A DNA stretch of 28,285 bases from Methanobacteriota archaeon (GTDB taxonomy: Archaea > Halobacteriota > Methanosarcinia > Methanosarcinales > Methanogasteraceae), in contig JAYEGG010000347.1 in assembly GCA_034658995.1 (NCBI GenBank), positions 1 to 28,285 of the forward strand, in the 5' to 3' direction. The translations under genes were made by a program, and so were the position numbers. Of the stretch, positions 1 through 8,203 are shown piece after piece. Numbering within the stretch: the first letter of the stretch is position 1; every line of letters begins with the position of its first letter. Below the pieces are notes generated by a model. That model saw nothing but the letters and a program-made list of their open reading frames with translations, was not told where the DNA came from and did no database searches.

Positions 1-262
1 CATCTATGTTTCCATCCTCAACACTCTGCACCTTCAGGACGTCCGGATTATGGATGAGATTAAACTGCCCGCTGTTCAGACCGTTAACCTCTGTCACATC
101 TATTGTGACCTCGAACGTATCTTCTGACACGTATTCGGGTGCGGTGATGGTGACATTGGCGTCTGCGTCAGGGTCGATCTCAGCCTCATCGCCTGCTGCC
201 GTGCATGTCATGAGCAGGGTTGCGAGTACGATTAATACTATCTTCTTTGCGATATAATTTAT
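1..262 (-). CDS. Secreted cohesin-domain protein, 5' part only (runs off the left edge)
   Basis: Manual minus-strand translation: INYIAKKIVLIVLATLLMTCTAAG-DEAEIDPDADANVTITAPEYVSEDTFEVTIDVTEVNGLNSGQFNLIHNPDVLKVQSVEDGNID. This is a signal peptide followed by a cohesin-like beta pattern (F-x-V-T-I-D-V..L-x-S-G-Q-F-x-L..P-x-V-L-x-V..G). Start uncertain: ATA at 262 after a GAGGT RBS, or GTG at 295. Confidence 0.8.
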   Translation of the reverse strand, partial: MNYIAKKIVLIVLATLLMTCTAAGDEAEIDPDADANVTITAPEYVSEDTFEVTIDVTEVNGLNSGQFNLIHNPDVLKVQSVEDGNID

Positions 263-315
263 TTTGATTACCTCATTAACATAATCTTCATACACACATC
301 CAAACCTTCGTGATT

Positions 316-1266
316 TCACACCGACCCAGCCCCCCAGAGCATCATAATCACAGCGAAATCGCTCACTGCAATTGACAAAAACAACGCAATCGCCACCCTT
401 AGCCCAAGTTTCGAGCCAAAGAATGCGACGTTGTACGGTATCAGCGTGTGGAAGATCTCGAAGAGATTGTATATGAACATCCCGACGATGAGCCCCATGA
501 ATGCATCCGTCAAACCGAGTCCGTTCACGATTAGCTGTTGTGCCATTGAGAAGGCGACAATGATGTTGAACGCGCCTGTGATTGCGATTGGCATCACTTC
601 AGGCTGCAATGGGAAGACCGCTGCTACCGGGCGGAGCAATTGATTTACGTAATCCATCAGATCGCTGTTCACAAGAATGTAGAGCAGAAACACCACTGGA
701 ACAAGGATCTTAAATACTGTTACAGCCATCCCGAGGCTCTCATGGAATGCATCCTTTATTCCCACTCTGAAATTCGTCTTTTCAACGGGGTGTTCGTACC
801 CGGAATCCTTGAAATTCCGGGGGAGTCGTATCATGCTGTAGCCGATACCGATAGTCGTCTGCACGATGCCGATTAATAGCCATACCACAAGGAAATAGAG
901 TCCGTTTCTCACTCCAAAGAGTCCGATTGCGATCGGTCCTGTGAAGAAGAAGACATACCATATCATCACAGGCAGTCCTCCTGCAAGTATCGCGGTTATG
1001 ACCTGCCGGTCACCGCCGAGCATGCCGTTTTTGTAGAATCCGGATAGTGTCGGGAGCGAGGATGTGATGTTGACTGCACACATCAGAAAGTAGAACGAGC
1101 AGCACTTCGGAAGCCTGCACACCTTTGTGAGCGGATCAAAGACGAACCCGAGTCTCAGCACCCACTGCCATCGTGTGGCAGCAGATGCGAGGAATAGCCC
1201 GATGTATGCGAGAAGTGCCACCCAGAATGTGAAGATGGCTCCGTCAACGATTGTTCCCGAATCCAT
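316..1266 (-). CDS. Multi-pass membrane protein, Gate/nucleoside-recognition domain family
   Basis: 316 aa with many hydrophobic segments in two similar halves; GGTGA RBS; overlaps the end of the upstream K-like gene. Family call is by overall resemblance only. Confidence 0.6.
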   Translation of the reverse strand: MDSGTIVDGAIFTFWVALLAYIGLFLASAATRWQWVLRLGFVFDPLTKVCRLPKCCSFYFLMCAVNITSSLPTLSGFYKNGMLGGDRQVITAILAGGLPVMIWYVFFFTGPIAIGLFGVRNGLYFLVVWLLIGIVQTTIGIGYSMIRLPRNFKDSGYEHPVEKTNFRVGIKDAFHESLGMAVTVFKILVPVVFLLYILVNSDLMDYVNQLLRPVAAVFPLQPEVMPIAITGAFNIIVAFSMAQQLIVNGLGLTDAFMGLIVGMFIYNLFEIFHTLIPYNVAFFGSKLGLRVAIALFLSIAVSDFAVIMMLWGAGSV

Positions 1267-2404
1267 ACATCACCAGCCGATCATATATGTCCGAGATCAG
1301 GTTCAGTGTCCCGTTCCCAAGGTATGGTGTAAATGACATCCGGGTAAACGACGGGAACGAGAATACTATTGTGTCATTCCGTATCCATCTCTCGCCGTCA
1401 GTGCCAAAGAGCATCTTGAAATTAATCTCGTTTACCTTATCCCTGAACTCGTTCTGGGACTCCTCAACAAGTGTTGTGCACGGAACGTCAAACTCCTCCA
1501 TGCACATCGATGTTGCGTGGGCAAGCTCAACGTTCATGCCGAGTTCACGCTCAAGGAACTTGCACATCCCGCTGATCCTCGGAAGATCGCCGACAACGCA
1601 GACCGGGACGTCATAAAAGAGCGGGAGATTGCCCCTGTACCTCTTCATCCCGTAATTGACCTGGTCATCGTAATCGACCTTACAGTATTCCCGAACCGTC
1701 TGCATGAACTCATTCCACCCGTGAACTCCGTAGGGGTAATCGACAACGATGTATGGGGTGCCAAACTCTTTTTCCAGCATTTTAGCGAGTTTCACGCCAT
1801 ACCCAAAGACGATGTTAAGGATTGCGTCTCCGACATGCTCCGAATTGTTGTATGAATCAGGAATCACGTTTACATTGCAGGTGGGAAAGATCTTCACAAT
1901 CTCTTCTATGTCCTGGCGTGCACCAGCCACATCTGACTGAAATCCGATGATGTTAACGACATCCTTATCCTTATTGTTTCCTCCGGATCTGTTTTCTGCC
2001 TGAATCGCAACCTCTCCGAGTTTCTCAAGAAACGCCTCCATTCCTTGCCACATAGTGGTCTGAAAACCGCCGCAATCGAGATATATATCGATATCTTCAG
2101 ATTCCACGTCGTCTCCAATGATCGCTGGTGCACAGGACGATAGAACAACTATCTTTTTTCCCACGTGATGCTTTCTTGTTATCGCAATCACGTTCTCAAG
2201 ATTTTCGACGCCTCCGTAGATTATGCACCGTTCCCGCATCACGCTTGCGGTTGCGGCGCTTCGCATGTTATCGCCTGCCACTTCAAGGAAGTTCGGACCG
2301 AAATGGCATCCTGTGGGTCCATGCACCAGGACAACACAATCAGTAAGCGATGTTGCGACCCGGTATGCACCGAGTAACATGCATCCCTGTGATGGTTCGA
2401 TCAT
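1244..2404 (-). CDS. Nitrogenase component-1-like oxidoreductase, beta/K-like subunit (K3)
   Basis: QGCMLLGA, HGPTGC, IIYGG and SSCAPAIIGDD motifs. Start moved from 2473 to ATG 2404, which overlaps the upstream stop (ATGA). Confidence 0.9.
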   Translation of the reverse strand: MIEPSQGCMLLGAYRVATSLTDCVVLVHGPTGCHFGPNFLEVAGDNMRSAATASVMRERCIIYGGVENLENVIAITRKHHVGKKIVVLSSCAPAIIGDDVESEDIDIYLDCGGFQTTMWQGMEAFLEKLGEVAIQAENRSGGNNKDKDVVNIIGFQSDVAGARQDIEEIVKIFPTCNVNVIPDSYNNSEHVGDAILNIVFGYGVKLAKMLEKEFGTPYIVVDYPYGVHGWNEFMQTVREYCKVDYDDQVNYGMKRYRGNLPLFYDVPVCVVGDLPRISGMCKFLERELGMNVELAHATSMCMEEFDVPCTTLVEESQNEFRDKVNEINFKMLFGTDGERWIRNDTIVFSFPSFTRMSFTPYLGNGTLNLISDIYDRLVMYGFGNNR

Positions 2405-3972
2405 TCTTGCCTCCAGACGTCGCTTACAGTCTCTTCCCAGCATTTCCTGCAGTGCAGCGTCTCTGTGAGGCACGGGAAGCGCCAGCCATCGATCGGATAA
2501 TCGTAGAACAGGAGTCGCCTATCAGACCGTCTGCCATTAACTTTCCCTGCAAGCGCCCGTGCAAGCGTTGTGATCATTGAATATGATATCCTGAAGGACG
2601 AGTACCCGTAAAAATCCGGGTTTATCGCCGGTATTCCATTGTGCTCATAAAACATCGCCCGTTCATTGTTATCCGTGAGGGTGCTGATAATCGCAAGGTC
2701 CACACCTTTAGCCGCGTTGACCTCGTCGGGCGCATCCAGATTGATTGCAACCTCACTTATCCCGAGTTCATTCGCACGTTTCGCAAGTTCATCCGCAAGC
2801 TCTGCTGTGTGCTCCTTCTTTGTTCCGAACCGTTCGAGCCATTCGGTATTGATGAATAGCTTCTTGACGGCAACTCCGATGAACTCAAGAATCTTGAGAT
2901 ACTCAATTGAGACCGGCATAGGAACCGCTACGAGAGAGAAGGTCTTGTTAGTAAATGTTCGTCTGATGTCGTCCAGTTCTGTATTCATGGTTTTTTTCGC
3001 ATCCTTTAGCATATCTTCGCACTCACCATCCAGGTTGAACTTCGATGCGATATCCCTGTAGAATTGTTCGATGCCCTCAAGCCCTGAGTACTTTACAGAT
3101 AGCGGATCGAAGAGATAATCGATTCCGTACTTTTCCTGCATGAATTGCGCAGATTTTTCGCTCCTGCGCATGAAATTGAGTTCCGCTGCGCTCATCCTTC
3201 TGATATCGCTCACAGAACAGCCCGGGAAGATGACGTTCACAGTGACGCCCATCCGCCCGAGCAGCACCGTTATCTCGTCGAGTTCCCCTTTCAGGTCCTC
3301 AAAATAGTGAAACCTCCCGAAGGTATCCAGATTTACCGAGTTTTCGATCGTATCCGCATCCTCGGTCAACTGCTCGATTAACGAGTACATCGCATCAAGC
3401 CTACCGCATCGCTCGATTCCGAAGGTGATCTCACCATCCTTCTTCCACGCATTGATCAGGTCTGTTGTAAACTCATCGATACAATCGCACCGGTCATCAT
3501 GCTCAAAGCCTGCCGAGGGTGTTGTGACGACCGCTGCATCCACCCGATCCTTCACACGTGACACCACGTTCTCGATATCATCCCCGATTATTGCGGGAAC
3601 GCACGAATTGACAACAGCGATCAATTCCGGTTTAACGCATCGATCCAGCTCTAAAATCGCTTTCTCGAGGGTCTCTTCTCCGCCGTACACGACATCAGTC
3701 TCGTTTAACTCGGTGCTGTAGACCCGCGGAGGATCTTTTCTGCCGAGCAGTTTCATCCGCAACGCATCGGTCGGAAGAAATCTCGGGAAGTATGCACAGC
3801 CCTCCGGGCTATGAACCAGAGCAACCGCATTCTCAATCTCGCCGACCGTGCATACAGCACCAAACATCTTGCAGTCGATGCTGTACTGGGTTGCCTGACT
3901 CAGCAGATTCGCATAATACATGCCCATAGTGTCAATCTTTGTGTTCATTCTTTCATCCATTCCTGTATTCAT
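2401..3972 (-). CDS. Nitrogenase component-1-like oxidoreductase, alpha/D-like subunit (D3)
   Basis: DCKMFGA, HSPEGC, STELNETDVVYGGE and NSCVPAIIGDD motifs. ATG 3972 follows a GGAGG RBS (ORF track starts at 3999). Confidence 0.9.
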   Translation of the reverse strand: MNTGMDERMNTKIDTMGMYYANLLSQATQYSIDCKMFGAVCTVGEIENAVALVHSPEGCAYFPRFLPTDALRMKLLGRKDPPRVYSTELNETDVVYGGEETLEKAILELDRCVKPELIAVVNSCVPAIIGDDIENVVSRVKDRVDAAVVTTPSAGFEHDDRCDCIDEFTTDLINAWKKDGEITFGIERCGRLDAMYSLIEQLTEDADTIENSVNLDTFGRFHYFEDLKGELDEITVLLGRMGVTVNVIFPGCSVSDIRRMSAAELNFMRRSEKSAQFMQEKYGIDYLFDPLSVKYSGLEGIEQFYRDIASKFNLDGECEDMLKDAKKTMNTELDDIRRTFTNKTFSLVAVPMPVSIEYLKILEFIGVAVKKLFINTEWLERFGTKKEHTAELADELAKRANELGISEVAINLDAPDEVNAAKGVDLAIISTLTDNNERAMFYEHNGIPAINPDFYGYSSFRISYSMITTLARALAGKVNGRRSDRRLLFYDYPIDGWRFPCLTETLHCRKCWEETVSDVWRQE

Positions 3973-4009
3973 TTGTATCAATCCCCTCCCAGGGGACATT
4001 TCTCACTCG

Positions 4010-4051
4010 CAAACTTTTCACCAAACTTTTCACAAAAGTTTGATCAAAAAC
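4010..4051. repeat. Perfect 9-bp hairpin with a 12-bp tandem duplication (REP-like or terminator-like)
   Basis: CAAACTTTT-CAC-AAAAGTTTG at 4022-4042; CAAACTTTTCAC repeated at 4010-4021 and 4022-4033. Confidence 0.6.
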
Positions 4052-4204
4052 TGGTCTCCGACCGGGGGCAGTTTTTACCCGATTTTTTGTGGAAAATAGC
4101 TGATTCTGATGGATTCTGTGGTTTTTTAGAGGATACCAAAAGAAGGGTTTTTTCATTCTTTGCGCCATCGCGTTCCTCTGATATATACGTGACACCGGCA
4201 TAAA

Positions 4205-4483
4205 CTGCGCCCTCGCGCCTTTGCGTTCTCGATTTAACGCGAAGGGGATCATCTCGGCCATCACGTCCTTCATGTTGTGGTCATCCAACCAACCATCAAA
4301 AAAGCTCAATTTGTGGCGGTGCGAAGTATAACGCAAGGTCGCAAAGTCGCAGAGGCGCAAAGACGATAGAGTGACGCCTGCAATCACTACAACGTGATGA
4401 CTACCGATAGCGATCACAGAGGACAATAGAGAGCACAGAGTCTTTAGATCGATCCTCTGTGTCCCTCTGTGCGCCATGTGGTT
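4205..4483. repeat. Cluster of REP-like imperfect palindromes
   Basis: 4205-4227 ctgcgccctcgcgcctttgcgtt is inversely related to 4330-4362 aacgcaaggtcgcaaagtcgcagag. 4415-4440 cacagag..cacagag pairs with 4455-4483 ctctgtg..ctctgtg..gtggtt. Confidence 0.6.
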
Positions 4484-4551
4484 GTATTTCCTAATGACAT
4501 TATTTATGTCAGTCGTGGTGTTGCGCATCCAACTGACCATTACAGAAAAAT

Positions 4552-5268
4552 TCACTTTTTCGCACCTATCAAAAAATAGCCATTACTATCGATATCGCCA
4601 CACATTCTTGAGAGAACGCCGCTTATCCTCTCTTTTATTGAGGTGTCAACATGCATAATCTCGCATCCGCAGTCTTCCAGAACTTCCCTTGCGAAGTCCA
4701 GGTTGATTTTGGGGTTGCCCCCGGTCGTCCCTCGTATCACCTTCCAGGTCTGGGCGTGATCCGCACCATTGAGGCGTTTGATTGCGCTGTATGCACGATA
4801 GATCAGTTTTGTTCGAAGGGCCATCGCATATTTGGTCTGCTTCCGGTCAACCTCGAGTATGGCGATCGTGCCGTCCTTTTTTGTGACTCTCACCATCTCT
4901 CGCATCGCCTCTTCAGGGTCTGGAACCGGCCAGAGCGCAAACTTGCAGAGTGTGCCATCAAAGACCTGATCCTTATACGGAATTTGCCCGCTATCGGCAT
5001 GCACCGCGGAAATATCGTTACCTGATTCCTTCGCCCGCACCTGCACCCGGTCCAGCATCGACCTTGAGAAATCGAGCGAATGGACCCGAAACTGCGTTGA
5101 GAGCGGAAGGGAGATTGATCCGGCGCCGCAGCCAACATCAAGAAGCGTGCCGCCCTCGTTAAAGAGATCCCGCACGGCTGCCACGTAGACATCATCCCGT
5201 ATCCACAACCGTCTCGTGATCTTCTTTGAATCGTAGCTGTCAACGAGAGCGTCCCATGGGGATGTCAT
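4552..5268 (-). CDS. Class I SAM-dependent methyltransferase (UbiE/Methyltransf_11-like)
   Basis: Motif I LLDVGCGAG, LDFS acidic motif, FDGTLC and AMREMVRV; ATGA overlap with the upstream methyltransferase. Confidence 0.9.
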   Translation of the reverse strand: MTSPWDALVDSYDSKKITRRLWIRDDVYVAAVRDLFNEGGTLLDVGCGAGSISLPLSTQFRVHSLDFSRSMLDRVQVRAKESGNDISAVHADSGQIPYKDQVFDGTLCKFALWPVPDPEEAMREMVRVTKKDGTIAILEVDRKQTKYAMALRTKLIYRAYSAIKRLNGADHAQTWKVIRGTTGGNPKINLDFAREVLEDCGCEIMHVDTSIKERISGVLSRMCGDIDSNGYFLIGAKK

Positions 5269-6023
5269 CGCTTTTCACCATTGATAAGGAAGATCAGTTC
5301 GCCGTATCCGGTGATCTTCTGCATGAGTCTTGCAAGTCTTGTTGAGACGCGATCAACGATTGAATAATCAACATCGTCCACCGCAATACCGCAATCTTCG
5401 AGCCAGCCCCTGATCTTCACGGATGAGGTGTCGATTTTATGATACTTTCTCATCTCCTTAAAATGCCGGTTCGGATCTCTTCCGGTTCGGGTCTTGTAGT
5501 AAAATCCCTGAACCCTGTAAAACGGCGTTCCGATGATTTTCTGCCGGAGTGTCGGTTTGTTGCCCTCGTACCAGTCACCTTCGACGATGACGATCTTCTT
5601 CTTTGCAACCCGTACCATCTCCGAAATTCCGTGCTTTGGATTCGGGAGTGGCCAGACCGCATACCGACATATCACGGCATCGAAGCTATCATCCTTAAAC
5701 GGCATATTCTGGGTATCTGCATTGACAATCTCGGGATCCACTTGCATCTCGTGCTTTCGAACCGTCATCTGCTGTAGCATCTTTCCGGAGAAATCAAGAG
5801 ACGTCACATCGAACTCCTTTGATAGCGGGAGCGACAGTGCGCCTGCGCCGCAGCCAACATCAAGAATCTTCTTGCAACCAGCGATTCTTGGTACTATCTC
5901 TTTTGTCCAGGTCTCGGGACTGCTGTGGTACCACTTCCGGTTCTTAAGATCGTACTCGGGTGCGAGCTTGCCCCAGCATTCCGCAATCGTCTTCACATCA
6001 GTCATATCAGTCATAGCAGTCAC
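5265..6023 (-). CDS. Class I SAM-dependent methyltransferase (paralog of 4552-5268)
   Basis: ILDVGCGAG, SLDFS, PFKDDSFDAVIC and ISEMVRV motifs; start may be a nearby downstream ATG such as 6014. Confidence 0.9.
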   Translation of the reverse strand: MTAMTDMTDVKTIAECWGKLAPEYDLKNRKWYHSSPETWTKEIVPRIAGCKKILDVGCGAGALSLPLSKEFDVTSLDFSGKMLQQMTVRKHEMQVDPEIVNADTQNMPFKDDSFDAVICRYAVWPLPNPKHGISEMVRVAKKKIVIVEGDWYEGNKPTLRQKIIGTPFYRVQGFYYKTRTGRDPNRHFKEMRKYHKIDTSSVKIRGWLEDCGIAVDDVDYSIVDRVSTRLARLMQKITGYGELIFLINGEKR

Positions 6024-6030
6024 ATCCTGG

Positions 6031-6924
6031 TCACGCCGGCTCTCCCTCGTGTTTCAGACGGGTTCTCTCCCTGATCTTTTGAGCAAGTTCCGCCAGCTTC
6101 TCATCTGTTAGCGGCGTTGGTGAGACCTGGTCCGTATTGTTGAGGACGTTTCTGGCAAGAGTTCTGAACGATTCTGCCATCTCTGACTCTGGTTCTCTCT
6201 CGATAACGGTCTGTGCATAAATTTCAGACTCAGTAATCGAATAGGAACTCTTAACCGCCCCTATGACCCGTGATCCGATCTCGCCTGCGAATTCTTCCAC
6301 GAGGCTGATATCGTCCAGGAGACCACGCACATTATAGATGATGCCGCCCAGCCGGGTTCCGTTCCGGTCCGAATACCTGTGAATCCCTTTGCAGATGTTG
6401 TTTGCGGCAAATACCGCGAGATAGTCGGAGGAGGTTACGAGTATGACCTGATCTGCAAATCCTTTTCTCAGGTTTATCCCGAAACCACCGCATACGATGT
6501 CGCCGAGGATGTCGTAGAGGATTACGTCAGGCGCAAGATCGTCCACAACAATTCTGTGGATCAGGTCGATTGCAAGCGATACGCCCCGTCCCGCACACCC
6601 GACCCCGGGCTCAGGACCGCCCACCTCGATGCAGGAAATGCCGTTAAAACCTTCTTGCACGATATCTTCAGCTTTGATCTCCTTCCCGTAAACAAATTCG
6701 CCGAGCTCAAGTGGGGCGGACGTCTTTTCTGAAAGTGTCCTGGAAACGGTCGGCATAATAATGTCGCCCCGCAGATTCCGGGTGCAATCTGATTTCGGAT
6801 CACACCCGACAACGAGGACTTTTGCTCCGTCTTCAGCCAGTGCGGACGCGATGTTGGAGACTGTGGTTGACTTTCCTATGCCACCTTTTCCGTAGAATGC
6901 GATCTGTCTGACGTTCTTTTTCAT
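6031..6924 (-). CDS. nifH: NifH/CfbC/BchL-family ATP-dependent reductase (H2)
   Basis: [10 protein letters not shown]-loop, CDPKSD, GGPEPGVGCAGRG and DIVCGGF, so both [4Fe-4S] Cys are present. ATG 6924 follows AGGAG. This is a nifH-like paralog, not a bona fide nitrogenase Fe protein. Confidence 0.93.
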   Translation of the reverse strand: MKKNVRQIAFYGKGGIGKSTTVSNIASALAEDGAKVLVVGCDPKSDCTRNLRGDIIMPTVSRTLSEKTSAPLELGEFVYGKEIKAEDIVQEGFNGISCIEVGGPEPGVGCAGRGVSLAIDLIHRIVVDDLAPDVILYDILGDIVCGGFGINLRKGFADQVILVTSSDYLAVFAANNICKGIHRYSDRNGTRLGGIIYNVRGLLDDISLVEEFAGEIGSRVIGAVKSSYSITESEIYAQTVIEREPESEMAESFRTLARNVLNNTDQVSPTPLTDEKLAELAQKIRERTRLKHEGEPA

Positions 6925-6940
6925 TTTTATCAACTCCTAC

Positions 6941-8203
6941 TCATATATTCATATCCATTAAATTATTCAACACGAGTTCTGTCAGGTTAATAACGCCCCT
7001 GAAACCTGTGATCGGATAATCCGAGATTGTGACCCGATCAATTGTGGGATAGAAGACCTTTGTCAGAGGAATGCGGTTTTCTCTGCAGAATGCACCTTCT
7101 CCGGATGATCCCATCATAAGTTCGATATCCATCGATCCAAGGACTTCATCCAGATACAGCCGATCATCAACCTTCAAAAATTCATCGAAGTAATCCCCAT
7201 CCTGCCTCCTGATAGTCTCGGCATTAATCGATGTAGACGCAAGCAGCTTCACATCAAGACAGAGTTCATCATTTAAGAATCTGGCAAGGTCAAACGCCCT
7301 TCCACTCTCTCCTACAACCGCGGTTTTCAGATTGAAGATCCCCTCCAGAAGTCCGTAAACTCGTGTTATCCGTTCCCTGACGAGATCTTTCTCAGCTTCG
7401 ATGACACGCTCATCCATCTCGCATCCAAGCGAACCCGCAATCGCTTCAAGGAATTCAATTGAACCTCTCATGCCAAATGGATGCGGGACTACAATGTAGG
7501 GGATATCGAAGAGTTCTTCCATCTTCTGTGCAAGCCCGATACCTTCGCCACCGATAACAACGTTTAACTCAGACCCGGGAGCGTTCTTCAGGGATTCAAA
7601 CGTATCGCAGGAAAAAACAGCGTTTACCGTGATTCTCTGATCATTTAACATCCGCTTGATCTCGATCAGGTCGCTTGAAGCATAAGGATCATCGGATTTT
7701 ATCCCGATCAGATTTATTCCGCTCCTGTGCCCATCACCACCATCCACCATATAATCGCATAAGCTCAACAGAGCCATATCATAGCCGAGTGATGCGTTTT
7801 TGACATGATTCGGGCAGGATAATGCGAGAATTGGGATGGGAATCTTCTCGTTCATCTGCATGATCACGCCCTCCACATCATCGCCCATCATCAGAGGAAC
7901 AGATGTCACCAGAATGCTGATTAAGGAGGGCTTGAACTGCTCATAAGTGGCTGCAAGTGAGAGACCAAGCTTGTGATGACCGCCTGTGGATATGTCTCGC
8001 AGCCTCAATCCGCCACCGGTCAGCCGGATATTGCTGTGACCTCCGGTCATCAGCCTGTACAGGAAATTGTCAGAATGACAGCAACTTCGCCCATGAACGA
8101 TCGTCATTGCATCCTTAATACCACCAAAAGCCCTTATGGCTCCGTTGAGCCTCATATCAATCGGTGGTTCGATGGCATAGCTCATTTCGACTTTTTCAGC
8201 CAT
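6941..8203 (-). CDS. Nitrogenase component-1-like beta/K-like subunit (K2)
   Basis: HGRSCCH, MMGDDV, INLIG and P-x-x-G-F-R-G C-terminal motif; ATG 8203 follows GGAGG. Confidence 0.88.
   Translation of the reverse strand: MAEKVEMSYAIEPPIDMRLNGAIRAFGGIKDAMTIVHGRSCCHSDNFLYRLMTGGHSNIRLTGGGLRLRDISTGGHHKLGLSLAATYEQFKPSLISILVTSVPLMMGDDVEGVIMQMNEKIPIPILALSCPNHVKNASLGYDMALLSLCDYMVDGGDGHRSGINLIGIKSDDPYASSDLIEIKRMLNDQRITVNAVFSCDTFESLKNAPGSELNVVIGGEGIGLAQKMEELFDIPYIVVPHPFGMRGSIEFLEAIAGSLGCEMDERVIEAEKDLVRERITRVYGLLEGIFNLKTAVVGESGRAFDLARFLNDELCLDVKLLASTSINAETIRRQDGDYFDEFLKVDDRLYLDEVLGSMDIELMMGSSGEGAFCRENRIPLTKVFYPTIDRVTISDYPITGFRGVINLTELVLNNLMDMNI

Noticed and set aside
6-257. 83-aa plus-strand ORF
   Set aside because: Antisense shadow of the cohesin gene.
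3953-4555. 200-aa minus-strand ORF between modules
   Set aside because: Runs through REP-like palindromes, overlaps the D3 start and has no recognisable motif. A small gene remnant near 4230-4320 cannot be excluded.
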